A stretch of 64,000 bases of DNA from an uncultured Rhodobacterales bacterium (lineage in GTDB: Bacteria > Pseudomonadota > Alphaproteobacteria > Rhodobacterales > Rhodobacteraceae). Positions 44,822-54,977 of the stretch are shown here, in pieces (position 1 is the first letter of the stretch; the number at the start of each line of letters is the position of its first letter). The position numbers and the translations under genes are program-made. The stretch is from positions 26,933-90,932 of the forward strand of contig CAYYMJ010000003.1 in NCBI GenBank assembly GCA_964472855.1, written 5' to 3'. Below the pieces are notes generated by a model. The model saw only the letters and a list, made by a program, of their open reading frames with translations. It made no database searches and was not told where the DNA came from.

Positions 44822-47757
44822 GCCAGTCACATCGCATCACCGGCGGTCTGGTCAATCGCGACCAGACGCTGACCTTCGACTTCAACGGCCGAAAGTTGCA
44901 GGGTTATCAGGGCGATACCCTGGCGTCGGCCCTGCTGGCCAACGGGCAGACGCTGGTTGGCCGGTCGTTCAAATATCACCGGCCGCGGGGCATCTTTTCC
45001 GCCGGTTCGGAAGAGCCCAACGCCCTGGTGCAGTTGCGCCGCGGCGCCCATCAGGAGCCCAACACCCGCGCCACCGTGGCCGAGCTGTTCGACGGCCTGT
45101 CGGCCACCAGCCAGAACCACCGCGGCAGCCTGGAACACGACCTGATGAGCGTGACCGACCTGTTCGCGCCCTTCCTCAGCGCCGGCTTCTACTACAAGAC
45201 ATTCATGTGGCCGCGGGCGTTCTGGGAAAAGCTCTATGAACCCGCGATCCGGATGTCGGCCGGGCTTGGGCGCCTGTCGATGCAACCCGACCCCGACATC
45301 TATGACCACGGTTTTCTGCACTGCGACCTGCTGGTCATCGGCGCGGGCCCGGCCGGGCTGTCGGCGGCGCTGGCGGCCGGGCGGTCGGGCGCGCGGGTGA
45401 TCCTGGCCGACGAAGACTTTTGCATGGGCGGGCGCCTGCTGGCCGAAACCCACGCCATCGACGATGCGCCGGGTCACGCATGGGCCGATACCGCGCTGGC
45501 GGAACTGGCGGCGATGCCCAACGTGCAACTGATGACGCGCACCACGGTTTACGGCGTCTACGACCACGGCGTGCACGGTGCGCTGGAACGCAGGACCGAC
45601 CATCTGCCCACCAGTGGCGGCAAGCCGCGGCAGGTGCTGTGGCGCATCTTTGCGCGGCGGTCGATCCTGGCTGCCGGCGCCACCGAACGCTCGGTCGCGT
45701 TCCGCGACAACGATCGCCCCGGCATCATGCTGGCCGGCGCCGTGCGCGCCTATGCCAACCGCTTTGGCGTGGCCCCGGGCAAGCGGGTGGCGGTGTTCAC
45801 CAACAACGACGACGGCTGGCGCACGGCCGCGGACCTCAGGGCGCTGGGCGTGCATGTCACGGCGGTTGTCGACGCCCGGCCCGACTGCGCCATGTCGCTG
45901 GACGGTGTGACGTCATTCAAGGGCGCGGTGGTCACCGGCACGCAGGGGCGCAAGGCGCTGACCGGCGTCACCGTTGACGGCGACCGGCGCATCGCCACCG
46001 ATTGCCTGGCCGTCGCCGGGGGCTGGAGCCCCAATGTCCACCTGACCTGCCACCAGCGCGGCCGGCCCGCCTGGCGCGACGACATCGCCGCCTTTGTGCC
46101 CGGCGGCACCCTGCCCGAGGGCCAGCATGTCGCCGGCGCCGCCAATGGCCGGATGACGCTGGCCGCCGCAATGGCCGAAGGCCGCGACGTCGCGGCCTCG
46201 GTCGTTGCCGACCTGGGCCTTGCCCCCGCCGCCGCCGACGTGCCCCGCACCAGCGACGAACCGTCGGCCATCAGCGCCTTCTGGCACGTCAGGGCCAAGG
46301 GCCGCGCCTGGGTCGACCTGCAGAACGACGTGACCGCCAAGGACATCTACCAGTCGCGGGCCGAGGGCTATCGGTCGGTCGAATTGCTCAAGCGCTATAC
46401 CACGATGGGCATGGCCACCGATCAGGGCAAGACCGCCAACGTGCTGGGGCTGGCGATCCTGGCCGAGGCCGCCGGGCGCAGTATTCCCGAGACCGGGACA
46501 ACCATCTTCCGCCCGCCCTACAACCCGGTGCCCATCGGCGCCTTTGCCGGGCGGGCGCGCGGCAAGGATTTCCGCCCCTACCGCCTGACCCCCAGCCACG
46601 ACTGGGCCACCGAACAGGGCGCGACCTTTGTCACCACCGGCGCATGGCTGCGGGCCCAGTGGTTCGCCCGGCCGGGCGAAAAGGGCTGGCGCGACAGCGT
46701 TGACCGCGAGGTCATGCAGACCCGAGCCTCGGTCGGGGTGTGCGATGTCTCGACCCTGGGCAAGATCGACGTTCAGGGCCGCGACGCGGCCGAGTTCCTG
46801 AACAAGATCTACGCCAACGGTTTCGCCAAGCTGGCGGTCGGCAAGGTGCGCTATGGCCTGATGCTGCGCGAAGACGGCATCTGCTATGACGACGGCACCA
46901 CTGCGCGCCTGTCGGAAACACATTTCGTGATGACCACCACCACCGCCAACGCGGTCACGGTGTTCCGCAACATGGAGTTTGCCCGTCAGGCGCTGTGGCC
47001 CGATCTTGACGTTCACCTGATTTCAACCACCGATGGCTGGGCCCAGTTTGCCGTGGCCGGGCCGAATGCGCGCGCGCTGCTGTCGAAGGTTGTCGACGAT
47101 CTCGACCTGTCGAACGACGGCTTTCCGTTCATGGCCTGTGGCGAATGCACGGTCTGCGGCGGCACGCCGGGGCGGCTGTTCCGCATCTCGTTCTCGGGCG
47201 AACTGGCCTACGAGGTCGCGGTTCCGGCCCGCTTTGCCGATGCCATGATCCGGGCCCTGATGGCGGCGGGCGAAGAGTATGACGTCGTTCCCTATGGCAC
47301 CGAAGCTCTGGGCGTGATGCGCATCGAAAAGGGCCACTTTGCCGGTAACGAGCTGACCGGGCAGACCACCGGCCAGATGCTGGGCCTGGGCAAGATGATC
47401 TCGAAGAAGAAGGATTCGATCGGCTCGACCCTGTCCGAGCGTGAAGACATGAACAGCGACGCCATGCTGCATTACGTGGGCTTCCGCCCGGTCGACCGCA
47501 GCGTTGTGCTGAACGCCGGGGCGCATTTCTTTACCACGGGCGACAGCATCACCATGGCGACCGATCAGGGCTGGATGACCTCTGTCGCCTACAGCCCCGA
47601 GCTTGGGCATTCCGTGGGGCTGGGCTTTCTCAAACAGGGCCGGTCGCGCAAGGGCGAAGTGGTGCGGGCGCATGACCCGGCGCGCGGCAAGGACACGCTG
47701 GTCGAAGTTTGTTCGGCCCATCACATCGACCCTGAAGGAGCGCGCCAACGTGGCTGA
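44818..47757 (+). CDS. mgdC: Sarcosine oxidase alpha-subunit family protein (FAD/NAD-binding N-terminus, GcvT-like folate-binding C-terminus); probable MgdC
   Basis: 979-aa ORF with DLLVIGAGPAGLSAAL and a C-terminal aminomethyltransferase-like region (VGVCDVSTLGKIDVQGRDAAEFL...SFSGELAYEV). Confidence 0.85.
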   Translation: MSQSHRITGGLVNRDQTLTFDFNGRKLQGYQGDTLASALLANGQTLVGRSFKYHRPRGIFSAGSEEPNALVQLRRGAHQEPNTRATVAELFDGLSATSQNHRGSLEHDLMSVTDLFAPFLSAGFYYKTFMWPRAFWEKLYEPAIRMSAGLGRLSMQPDPDIYDHGFLHCDLLVIGAGPAGLSAALAAGRSGARVILADEDFCMGGRLLAETHAIDDAPGHAWADTALAELAAMPNVQLMTRTTVYGVYDHGVHGALERRTDHLPTSGGKPRQVLWRIFARRSILAAGATERSVAFRDNDRPGIMLAGAVRAYANRFGVAPGKRVAVFTNNDDGWRTAADLRALGVHVTAVVDARPDCAMSLDGVTSFKGAVVTGTQGRKALTGVTVDGDRRIATDCLAVAGGWSPNVHLTCHQRGRPAWRDDIAAFVPGGTLPEGQHVAGAANGRMTLAAAMAEGRDVAASVVADLGLAPAAADVPRTSDEPSAISAFWHVRAKGRAWVDLQNDVTAKDIYQSRAEGYRSVELLKRYTTMGMATDQGKTANVLGLAILAEAAGRSIPETGTTIFRPPYNPVPIGAFAGRARGKDFRPYRLTPSHDWATEQGATFVTTGAWLRAQWFARPGEKGWRDSVDREVMQTRASVGVCDVSTLGKIDVQGRDAAEFLNKIYANGFAKLAVGKVRYGLMLREDGICYDDGTTARLSETHFVMTTTTANAVTVFRNMEFARQALWPDLDVHLISTTDGWAQFAVAGPNARALLSKVVDDLDLSNDGFPFMACGECTVCGGTPGRLFRISFSGELAYEVAVPARFADAMIRALMAAGEEYDVVPYGTEALGVMRIEKGHFAGNELTGQTTGQMLGLGKMISKKKDSIGSTLSEREDMNSDAMLHYVGFRPVDRSVVLNAGAHFFTTGDSITMATDQGWMTSVAYSPELGHSVGLGFLKQGRSRKGEVVRAHDPARGKDTLVEVCSAHHIDPEGARQRG

Positions 47758-48322
47758 TCTTACCCTGACCGCCGCCCCGCTGCTGGGCGGATACCAGCGC
47801 AGCTTTGGCGCCACCGACCTGCGCGAGGCAACGGATCTGGCCATCGTGTCGCTGGCCGTGCCGCAAGGAGACGAGGCACGTTGCGCCACGGCGCTCGACA
47901 CCGCCTATGGCTGCGCGATCCCGGACAGCGGCCGCTATGTTCTGTCGAACGACGGGCAGACCCGGGTCATCCGCACCGCACCCGACCAGTTGTTCGTGCT
48001 GTTCCCGCACGCGGCGCCGGATGCCCGCGCCGTGGTGGCCACGGCCACGGGCGATGCCTTCTGGTCCACCGACCAGACCGACAACTGGTGCGCGCTGGAA
48101 CTGTCGGGCCCGCAGGCGCGCGCGGCTCTGGCGCGCATCTGCATGCTGAACCTGCACCCGCAGGCCTTTGGCCCCGATCACGCGGCCCGCACAGTGATGG
48201 AGCATATGGGCGCCATGATCCTGCGCAGCGGCGACGATGCCTTCCTGCTGCTCAGCGCCCGGTCGTCGGCCAAAAGCTTTCTGCACGCCGTCGAAACCTC
48301 GGTTACCAACGTCTCGGACTAG
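47750..48322 (+). CDS. mgdD: Sarcosine oxidase gamma-subunit family protein; probable MgdD
   Basis: I place the start at GTG 47750 (VADLTLTAAPLLGG), overlapping the alpha stop (GTGGCTGA), with GAAGGAG 10 nt upstream. The track ATG at 47603 would overlap mgdC by 155 nt. Confidence 0.65.
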   Translation: MADLTLTAAPLLGGYQRSFGATDLREATDLAIVSLAVPQGDEARCATALDTAYGCAIPDSGRYVLSNDGQTRVIRTAPDQLFVLFPHAAPDARAVVATATGDAFWSTDQTDNWCALELSGPQARAALARICMLNLHPQAFGPDHAARTVMEHMGAMILRSGDDAFLLLSARSSAKSFLHAVETSVTNVSD

Positions 48323-48346
48323 GCCGGGCACCGCCGCAAAACGAAC

Positions 48347-48378
48347 GGGGCGCCGCATCGACTGCGGCGCCCCTTTTT
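48347..48378 (+). terminator. Rho-independent terminator between convergent operons
   Basis: GGGGCGCCGCA tcgac TGCGGCGCCCC followed by TTTTT. Confidence 0.75.
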
Positions 48379-48416
48379 GTCTTGGGCCGGGCCATAGCGC
48401 CGAGAAAGGGCCGGCG

Positions 48417-50345
48417 TCAGCCCTTGCCGCGCCAGGGGATGGTCTTGTGGATCACCCAGCGCATCATCAAATCAAAGCACAGGCCCAGAACGCCCATGAT
48501 CAGGATGGTCACCCAGATCAGTTCGTAATCCGACACGGTCCGGGCGATATTCTCGATAAAGCCGATCCCGGTGGTGCCGGCCAGCATCTCGGCGGCAACC
48601 AGCGTGCCCCAGCAGACGCCAATGGCAATGCGGATACCCGTCAGGATTTCCGGCATCGCGTTGGGCAGGATGACGTTCCACATGATCTGCCGGTCGCTTG
48701 CCCCCAGCGAATGCGACGCGCGGATCTTGGTTAGCTGCACGCCCGATGCCCCGGTCCGGGCCGAGATGACCATGATCGCAAAGGCCACCATGAACAGCAG
48801 GAAGATCTTGCCGTCGTCCTGAATACCGAAAATGGTCAGGATCAGTGGTGCCCAGGCCAGTGGCGGCACGGGGCGATACAGCTCGATCAGCGGGTCGAAG
48901 AAGGACTTGAAAAAGCGCGACACGCCCATGAACAGCCCCAGCGGCACCCCAAGGAAGATACCCAGCGAAAGCGCCACCAGCACCCGCAGCAGCGAATGCC
49001 AGATATGGCCATCGAGCATCGGGACATAGCCAAACGAGACCTCGCCCTGCGCAACGGCAAGGATCTTGTCCTTGACGTTCGGCGTGATGGTTCCGTCGTC
49101 GCCGTGGCGGGCGTATTCACCCGGCCAGACATCGGCGATCCAGTCGGGAACGATAAAGGCGACGACGTCGGACACCGGCAGCCATTTCCACCAAAACAGC
49201 GTCACGCCGCGATAGCCACCGCCGCCGGCAACGTCAGGGTTGGCCAGCCGCAGGAAGGTGGCAACCACGTCCGTCGGTTTGGGCAGCCAGCGGGCCGAGC
49301 CCTGTTCGGTGCACTGGGTCCGCGACTTGACGATGCCGGGGCCCGGGAAGAACAAGGCGTCGACGACCCTCAGCCCGCCCTGGGCGCGGCTGGATGCCTT
49401 GTCGAGCCCGGCGATTGCCGTGTCGACCCCTTCCAGCGCCGCCGCCGGGAAGATGAAACCGTCATCGAGCCGCTTGAAGATCCGCTCGACCGCCTTGACA
49501 TAGTCAACGCGCGCCGCCGTGGTCTGTTCGTCCAGCCCGGCATTGGCCGTTGCGTCCTTCATCACGCCGACCCTGGCCTTGATGTCGGCGATCAGGATGT
49601 CGTTTTTCGGGAAATGGTTGCGGATCTTGTTGAAGTCCGATGCGATATCGGCGGCTTCCAGCGAAGATTCGTCAAACAGCATGCCCCGCGCGGTGATCGG
49701 CTGCACCGGGATCTCGGTGTATGTCGTTCCCCAGGCCGGCTGGGCCAGCGCCTCGGCCGTCGGGTTCAGACCATCGGTGCCCGCAGCGAGATGCGCGCTG
49801 ATGTCGTCGAGACGCGCGGACATCTCGTCAAGCGACGCCAGCGCCGCCGGATCAAGGTTGGCCGGGTTCGACGAATTGGCGATCAGCGTGCGGATCTGAA
49901 CGACAAGATCGTCCAGCTCCGCCTCTTCCACGGCGGTGAACACGCCCGCCGGAACCGACGATTGCAGCCGGTCAAGCTGGTCCGAGTTCCGCGACGCCAG
50001 CAGCGTTGACTTGTAATAGCGCGACCCGATGGGCAGGGCCGCCTTGATCGGCGAGACAGCCTCTTCCAGCTTGGCGATCTGGCACATCTCGTTGGCGGCA
50101 TCGGGAAAATAGGCCCGCCCGGCGCCCCAGGAATAGTAGAACCAGACCAGCATCAGCGCCGACAGGCCGCACACGGCCCAGTACCAGCCGCCCTTGGTGC
50201 GCACCGGGTCGCCGAAAACCTCGTCCTTGGCCTTCAGCGCCGCCTGGCGCCGGCCAACAACGATGGAATAGATGAATGTGCCGATCAGGATGATGACCAG
50301 CGCGGCCGCGATCATGGCGCGGTTTTCAGAAAGCCACTCAAACAC
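48417..50345 (-). CDS. ABC transporter permease (NitT/TauT family) with ~380-aa N-terminal extension
   Basis: 642-aa ORF. The last ~250 aa form a standard SsuC/TauC-type permease (LRVLVALSLGIFLGVPLG...ASHSLGASDRQIMWNVILP). The first ~390 aa contain two TM helices and a long Ala/Asp-rich soluble region not normally present. Confidence 0.85.
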   Translation of the reverse strand: MFEWLSENRAMIAAALVIILIGTFIYSIVVGRRQAALKAKDEVFGDPVRTKGGWYWAVCGLSALMLVWFYYSWGAGRAYFPDAANEMCQIAKLEEAVSPIKAALPIGSRYYKSTLLASRNSDQLDRLQSSVPAGVFTAVEEAELDDLVVQIRTLIANSSNPANLDPAALASLDEMSARLDDISAHLAAGTDGLNPTAEALAQPAWGTTYTEIPVQPITARGMLFDESSLEAADIASDFNKIRNHFPKNDILIADIKARVGVMKDATANAGLDEQTTAARVDYVKAVERIFKRLDDGFIFPAAALEGVDTAIAGLDKASSRAQGGLRVVDALFFPGPGIVKSRTQCTEQGSARWLPKPTDVVATFLRLANPDVAGGGGYRGVTLFWWKWLPVSDVVAFIVPDWIADVWPGEYARHGDDGTITPNVKDKILAVAQGEVSFGYVPMLDGHIWHSLLRVLVALSLGIFLGVPLGLFMGVSRFFKSFFDPLIELYRPVPPLAWAPLILTIFGIQDDGKIFLLFMVAFAIMVISARTGASGVQLTKIRASHSLGASDRQIMWNVILPNAMPEILTGIRIAIGVCWGTLVAAEMLAGTTGIGFIENIARTVSDYELIWVTILIMGVLGLCFDLMMRWVIHKTIPWRGKG

Positions 50346-51135
50346 GACCCATGATCTCCTCTTCCATATTCCAGATCATGGTCAGGATTTCCTCGCGAAC
50401 TTCGGAAAAATACGGATCGTGCTTGATCTCTCGCAGCGATTCGCTGAGCCCGCGTTCGGCAAAGGGCAGCCGGTATTCCTTGTGAATGCGGCCCGGACGC
50501 GGCGCCATGACGAACAGCCGTTCGCCCAGCAGCAGCGCCTCTTCGACCGAGTGCGTGATGATCATGATGGTCTTGCCGGTCTCTTTCCAAAGCTCCAGCA
50601 CCAGTGATTGCATCTTTTCCCGCGTCAGCGCGTCCAGCGCGCCAAGGGGCTCGTCCATCAAGATGACATCGGGGTCGTTGACCAGGCAGCGGGCCAGGGC
50701 CACGCGCTGCTGCATCCCGCCCGACAACTGGTAGGTGGGCGTATCGCCGAACCCCTGAAGGCCAACGATATCCAGCCACTTTTCTACCAGTTCGGCAGAA
50801 ACCTTCGGGTCGGTCTTTTTCATGCGCAGGCCGAAATCGACATTCTTCGACACCGGCAACCATTCGAACAATGCGCCCTGCTGGAACACCATGCCGCGTT
50901 CGACGCCGGGTGCGTCGATGACATTGCCGCCCAGCTTGGCCTCGCCATCGGTGGCATTGATGAAGCCGGCGATCAGGTTCAGCAAGGTCGTCTTGCCACA
51001 GCCCGACGGGCCCAGGACAGCCAGAAGCTCGCCCTTTTTCAGGTTGAAGTTGATGTCTTTCAATGCCTCGACCGCTGCGCCGGTCTGAGGGTTGGTGAAC
51101 GTCATGTTCAGATGTTCGCAAACAAGATCTGCCAT
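50338..51135 (-). CDS. ABC transporter ATP-binding protein (NitT/TauT family)
   Basis: Start moved to ATG 51135 (MADLVCEHLNMTF). Walker A GPSGCGKTT, signature LSGGMQQRV, Walker B ILMDEPLGALD. Confidence 0.9.
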   Translation of the reverse strand: MADLVCEHLNMTFTNPQTGAAVEALKDINFNLKKGELLAVLGPSGCGKTTLLNLIAGFINATDGEAKLGGNVIDAPGVERGMVFQQGALFEWLPVSKNVDFGLRMKKTDPKVSAELVEKWLDIVGLQGFGDTPTYQLSGGMQQRVALARCLVNDPDVILMDEPLGALDALTREKMQSLVLELWKETGKTIMIITHSVEEALLLGERLFVMAPRPGRIHKEYRLPFAERGLSESLREIKHDPYFSEVREEILTMIWNMEEEIMGRV

Positions 51136-51291
51136 CGCCTGCTTCTTTTCGGGTTGGGGCCGGAGTTGCTGGTTTCGTCGCGCGCCCGGCCTGCCAAAGG
51201 CCCCAAGACCACAAACGGTCAGGCGGCCCACGCCGGGAATGAGTCAAGAGCGGGCCCGATCAGGCCCGCTCTCGTTTCGTACAAACGGCGG

Positions 51292-52260
51292 TTACTCCAG
51301 GAAGGAACCGTCGATGGTTTTCGCGATCTGCGAGCCGTCCGAGTCGCCCTGGAACACCAGGCCAAGCGAGGCAGCGGCCGACGCGGCGACGCCACCGTCG
51401 TTGAAGTAGTTGGCCAGCTGGTCGGCAGCGGTCGGCATGATAAAGGCGTCAACCTGCGCTTTCGCCGCTTCGACGCTCATGCCGGATGCGACTGACAGCA
51501 TCTGATATTCGTCAGCGCTGCTACTGAACGCGGCGTTGGCCTCGGCCGTGGCTTCCATGAACGACTTGACCAGTTCGGGGTTTTCGGTCGCGAACTTTTC
51601 GGTCACCGAAACCACGTCGAACGAACCGATACCGGCCGCGACCTTTTCTTCCGACGTCATGATCGGGTTACCGACCTCGGCGCCAGCAGCCGACGAGACA
51701 CCGCCGAACAGACAGGCCATGTCGACCGCACCGTCAGCCAGCGACTTGGCGCCATCGGGCGGAGCCTGGTCGACGATGTTCATGGTCGAGATGTCGACGC
51801 CATAGTGGGTCATGTAGCTGCGGAACGCAAAGTCGGCCATCGTGTTCAGCGGAACGGCAACGGTCTTGCCTTCCAGTTCCGAAGCGTTCGAACCGTCGAT
51901 GCCCAGTTCGCTGCGGACAAAGCAGTCGTTGGCTTCGTAAACCACGGCGATGCCGACCATTTTCAGGGGCGCACCCTGCTGAATGGCGGTCACGAACGGG
52001 GCGAGGCCCTGCGAATATGAAATGTCGATGTCGCCGGCCAGCATGGCTTCGGTCATCGCGGTTCCGGTGGTGAAGTCGACCCAGTTCACGTCGACACCCA
52101 TGGCGTCGGCATAGGCGCCGGTGGTCTTGGCGATCAGGTTGGGCGTGGCCCATTCCAGAAAGAATGCCACGTTGACTTCATCGGCATGGGCGACAACGGG
52201 GCTTAGGCATGCCATTGCGCCGGCGGTCGCAATTGCCGCCGTCTTAATCATTGATTTCAT
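51292..52260 (-). CDS. ABC transporter substrate-binding protein (NMT1/TauA-like)
   Basis: Start moved from 52485 to ATG 52260 (MKSMIKTAAIATAGAMACLSPVVAHA signal peptide), preceded by GGGAGGA. Confidence 0.85.
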   Translation of the reverse strand: MKSMIKTAAIATAGAMACLSPVVAHADEVNVAFFLEWATPNLIAKTTGAYADAMGVDVNWVDFTTGTAMTEAMLAGDIDISYSQGLAPFVTAIQQGAPLKMVGIAVVYEANDCFVRSELGIDGSNASELEGKTVAVPLNTMADFAFRSYMTHYGVDISTMNIVDQAPPDGAKSLADGAVDMACLFGGVSSAAGAEVGNPIMTSEEKVAAGIGSFDVVSVTEKFATENPELVKSFMEATAEANAAFSSSADEYQMLSVASGMSVEAAKAQVDAFIMPTAADQLANYFNDGGVAASAAASLGLVFQGDSDGSQIAKTIDGSFLE

Positions 52261-52366
52261 TGATTTCCTCCCAGTGATTCCCGCCCGCAAAACCTCGGGT
52301 CGCAACGACAGACTGGTCGCCGGAACCAAAATTCGAGCGGCTTTGAGCCTTGCAGCGAATCGCATC

Positions 52367-52415
52367 GTTTGCAAACAAATTCTTCGCATCGCAATATTCC
52401 GGTTTCGTATTGCGA
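52367..52415. promoter_or_regulatory. Two palindromes upstream of the NitT/TauT transporter operon (candidate operator sites)
   Basis: A perfect 10-bp palindrome GTTTGCAAAC at 52367-52376. An 8-bp inverted repeat TCGCAATA-N11-TATTGCGA at 52389-52415. Both lie in the AT-rich leader between the binding-protein start and the IclR gene stop. Confidence 0.4.
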
Positions 52416-52513
52416 AACTTTTGGGTGGCCCGATGTTTGCCGATCCCGACGCCAACAAGCCCCCGGGCGCGGGGCCACTCCACAAGGCGGGGCCGCCGGC
52501 GGTCGATTTGGTT

Positions 52514-53317
52514 TTACGATTTTATTTCAACGTGTTGTTCAGGCCTTGTCGCGGGAAAGCCCGGGGCAATGCCGCCGATCTGTTCAGTGACCCGGGCCGC
52601 GCTGGCTTTCAGTTCGTCGGCCCAGCCGTAAAGGTCCTGCATCTGATGCCGGGGATAGACCGACCAGATATTCAGCACTGCCACGGGATCGCCGACATAA
52701 TTGAAGACGGGGGCTGCGATGCCCAGGCAATGGTCGAATTCCTCGCGGTCGTTGCGGCCAAATCCGTTTTCGCGGGCAAAGGCCAGCGCGTCCGCGAAAT
52801 CCGCGTGATTGTCGATGGTGCGCGACGTGAATCGCTCGAACGTATAGCCGCGCATCTTTGACCGGATCATTTCTTCGGGCAGAAAGGCCAGCAGCGCCTT
52901 GCCCGAGGCCGAGCAGTGGACCAGTTCGCGCCGGCCCGGGCGCCGGACTCCGCCGATCGAATGCGGCGATTCCAGAATCCGCAGATAAATCACTTCCAGC
53001 CCGCTAGGCACGCCAAGCGTGACATTGGCGTCGCAAAGCTCGAACAGCCGGATCATTTCGTCCAGCGCGATGGCCTGAATATCAAAGCCGCTGTAGGCGT
53101 TGCGGACCAGATCGAACACCCGCGGACCCAGCGAATAGGCCCTGTGCTGATCGTCATGGCGCACCATGCGTTCGTCCATCGCAATGGCCAGCAGGCGGTG
53201 AACCGTGCTTTTGTTCAGGTCGCTCTTGCGAACGATTTCGGTAAAGGTCAGCGGGCGGCGCGCCTCGCTGATCACGGTCAGAACGGTCAGCAGTTTCTGA
53301 ACAATCGAACTTTGCAT
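52514..53317 (-). CDS. IclR family transcriptional regulator
   Basis: Start moved from 54055 to ATG 53317 (MQSSIVQKLLTVLTVISEARRPLTFTEIVRKSDLNKSTVHRLL). The upstream 246 codons of the track ORF are Ala/Arg/Pro-rich antisense to the next gene. Confidence 0.85.
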   Translation of the reverse strand: MQSSIVQKLLTVLTVISEARRPLTFTEIVRKSDLNKSTVHRLLAIAMDERMVRHDDQHRAYSLGPRVFDLVRNAYSGFDIQAIALDEMIRLFELCDANVTLGVPSGLEVIYLRILESPHSIGGVRRPGRRELVHCSASGKALLAFLPEEMIRSKMRGYTFERFTSRTIDNHADFADALAFARENGFGRNDREEFDHCLGIAAPVFNYVGDPVAVLNIWSVYPRHQMQDLYGWADELKASAARVTEQIGGIAPGFPATRPEQHVEIKS

Positions 53318-53543
53318 GGCCCGGGCCGCCCCCAAGGCGCCGGTCCGCCGGCGAGCGCGGCCGGGATTGTCCCAACCAGGTTGCAATATGAAACAATTTT
53401 CCAGAAATCCAAAACCATTTGCGGCAGAGCGTCGCGCCGCGCCCTGAACCGCCGCCAAATCGGCTTGGCCGGTATCAGTTGACCGAACCGAAGCCGGATA
53501 ATAGTTTTTCCGTTGCGGAATGTCGGTTTCATAATTCAAAACC

Positions 53544-54872
53544 GTGAGGCGGATCATGACATCTTCAGCCGTCAGGGATGAAATCCACTGGGCCTTTACA
53601 GCGCCGGACGCGCCACCCAGCCAGCGGCTGGACGGGCGGGTCAAGGCCGACGTTCTGGTGGTGGGTGCCGGGCTGACGGGGTGCCGCACCGCCCTTGGCC
53701 TGGCCGACGCCGGCACCTCGGTGGCGCTGATCGATGGCCGCGACATCGGCTGGGGTGCCTCGGGGCGCAGCGGCGGCCAGTGCAACCCGATCTGGCGCCA
53801 GACCCCGGACCAGTTGGTCGCCATGCTGGGGGCGACCCACGGCGAGACGCTGGTAAACACCACGCTGACCGCCGCCGACGACCTGTTCGCCGACATCGCG
53901 ACGTTCAAGGTCGATTGCGACCCGGTGCAAAGCGGCTGGATACAGGCCGCCCACACGCAAAAGGCCAGCCGGAAAATGGCCGGCCTTGGCCGCGCCTGGG
54001 CCGCGGCGGGCGCCGATATTGTCGAACTCGACGGCGCCGCTGTCCGGGCCGCCACCGGATCGCCGGCTTACGGGTTTGCCCTGCGCCACGCTGCCGGCGG
54101 CAACGTTCAGCCGCTGTCGCTGACGCGCGGCTATGCCCGCGCGGCGGCGGCCCGCGGGGCGCAGCTGTTCGACAATTCGCCCATCACACGGCTGAAACGG
54201 GTTGACGGAAGGTGGCGCGCGCAGTCCGAAAATGGCGAGGTGGTGGCCGAAAATGTCGTGCTGGCCACCAACGCCTATACCGACGGCCTGTGGCCCGGGC
54301 TTGCGCAGACCTTTCACCCGCTGGTCAGCATCGTGGTTGCCACCGCGCCGCTGTCGCGCGCGCAGCAGACCGAGATCCTGCCCGGCCGTGTCACCATCTC
54401 GGATTCGCGGCTGGCCATCTATTTCGCCCGTTACGACCGCGACGGCCGGCTGATCTTCGGTTGTGTCGGCAGCAGCGAAAATGTCGACAGCCTGGGCGGT
54501 TATGGACGCATCCGCCGGGGGCTGAAAACCGTGTTTCCGCAGATCGGCGGCATCGCTGCGCAGCGCAAGTGGGGCGGCCGGATCGCGGTGACGCCCGAGA
54601 TGATGCCGCACATGCACGAACCGGCGCCGGGGGTCCTGGCCGGGCTGGGTTACAGCGGACGCGGCATCGCCATGACCTCGGTCATGGGGCGGGCGCTGGC
54701 CGCGCGGGTGCTGGGTGCGCCGCCAGCCGCGTTGCCGTTTCCCCTGTTACCGGTCACGCCGCTGCCGCTGCATGGCATCACGCGGCGGCTGATCCCGCTG
54801 GGCGCCCCGGCGATGGCGGCCAAGGATGGGCTGGACGTTGTGCTGAACAGGCTGGTCCCGGGCGGGCGGTAA
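53544..54872 (+). CDS. FAD-dependent oxidoreductase (DadA / gamma-glutamylputrescine-oxidase-like)
   Basis: 442-aa ORF with DVLVVGAGLTGCRTALGLADAG and GWGASGRSGGQ. The start may be ATG 53556. Confidence 0.85.
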   Translation: MRRIMTSSAVRDEIHWAFTAPDAPPSQRLDGRVKADVLVVGAGLTGCRTALGLADAGTSVALIDGRDIGWGASGRSGGQCNPIWRQTPDQLVAMLGATHGETLVNTTLTAADDLFADIATFKVDCDPVQSGWIQAAHTQKASRKMAGLGRAWAAAGADIVELDGAAVRAATGSPAYGFALRHAAGGNVQPLSLTRGYARAAAARGAQLFDNSPITRLKRVDGRWRAQSENGEVVAENVVLATNAYTDGLWPGLAQTFHPLVSIVVATAPLSRAQQTEILPGRVTISDSRLAIYFARYDRDGRLIFGCVGSSENVDSLGGYGRIRRGLKTVFPQIGGIAAQRKWGGRIAVTPEMMPHMHEPAPGVLAGLGYSGRGIAMTSVMGRALAARVLGAPPAALPFPLLPVTPLPLHGITRRLIPLGAPAMAAKDGLDVVLNRLVPGGR

Positions 54873-54977
54873 GTCGGCGGTCGCCGGCCCGCCTGCGTTT
54901 TCATCTGCGCCCGTCAGATCGGCCAGTTTCAGCGGCTGGGTCATGCCGGGCAGCGGCCGAGGGCGCGGCTTATCTGA

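Noticed and set aside
53318-54055. N-terminal 246 codons of the 513-aa track ORF containing the IclR regulator
   Set aside because: The IclR wHTH begins right after the internal Met at 53317. The upstream part is Ala/Pro/Arg/Ser-rich and overlaps the divergently transcribed FAD oxidoreductase gene on the other strand.
54747-54944. 65-aa minus-strand ORF beginning MTQPLKLADLTG just downstream of the FAD oxidoreductase
   Set aside because: Most of it overlaps the 3' end of the oxidoreductase gene and becomes Arg/Pro/Gln-rich. There is no RBS or motif.
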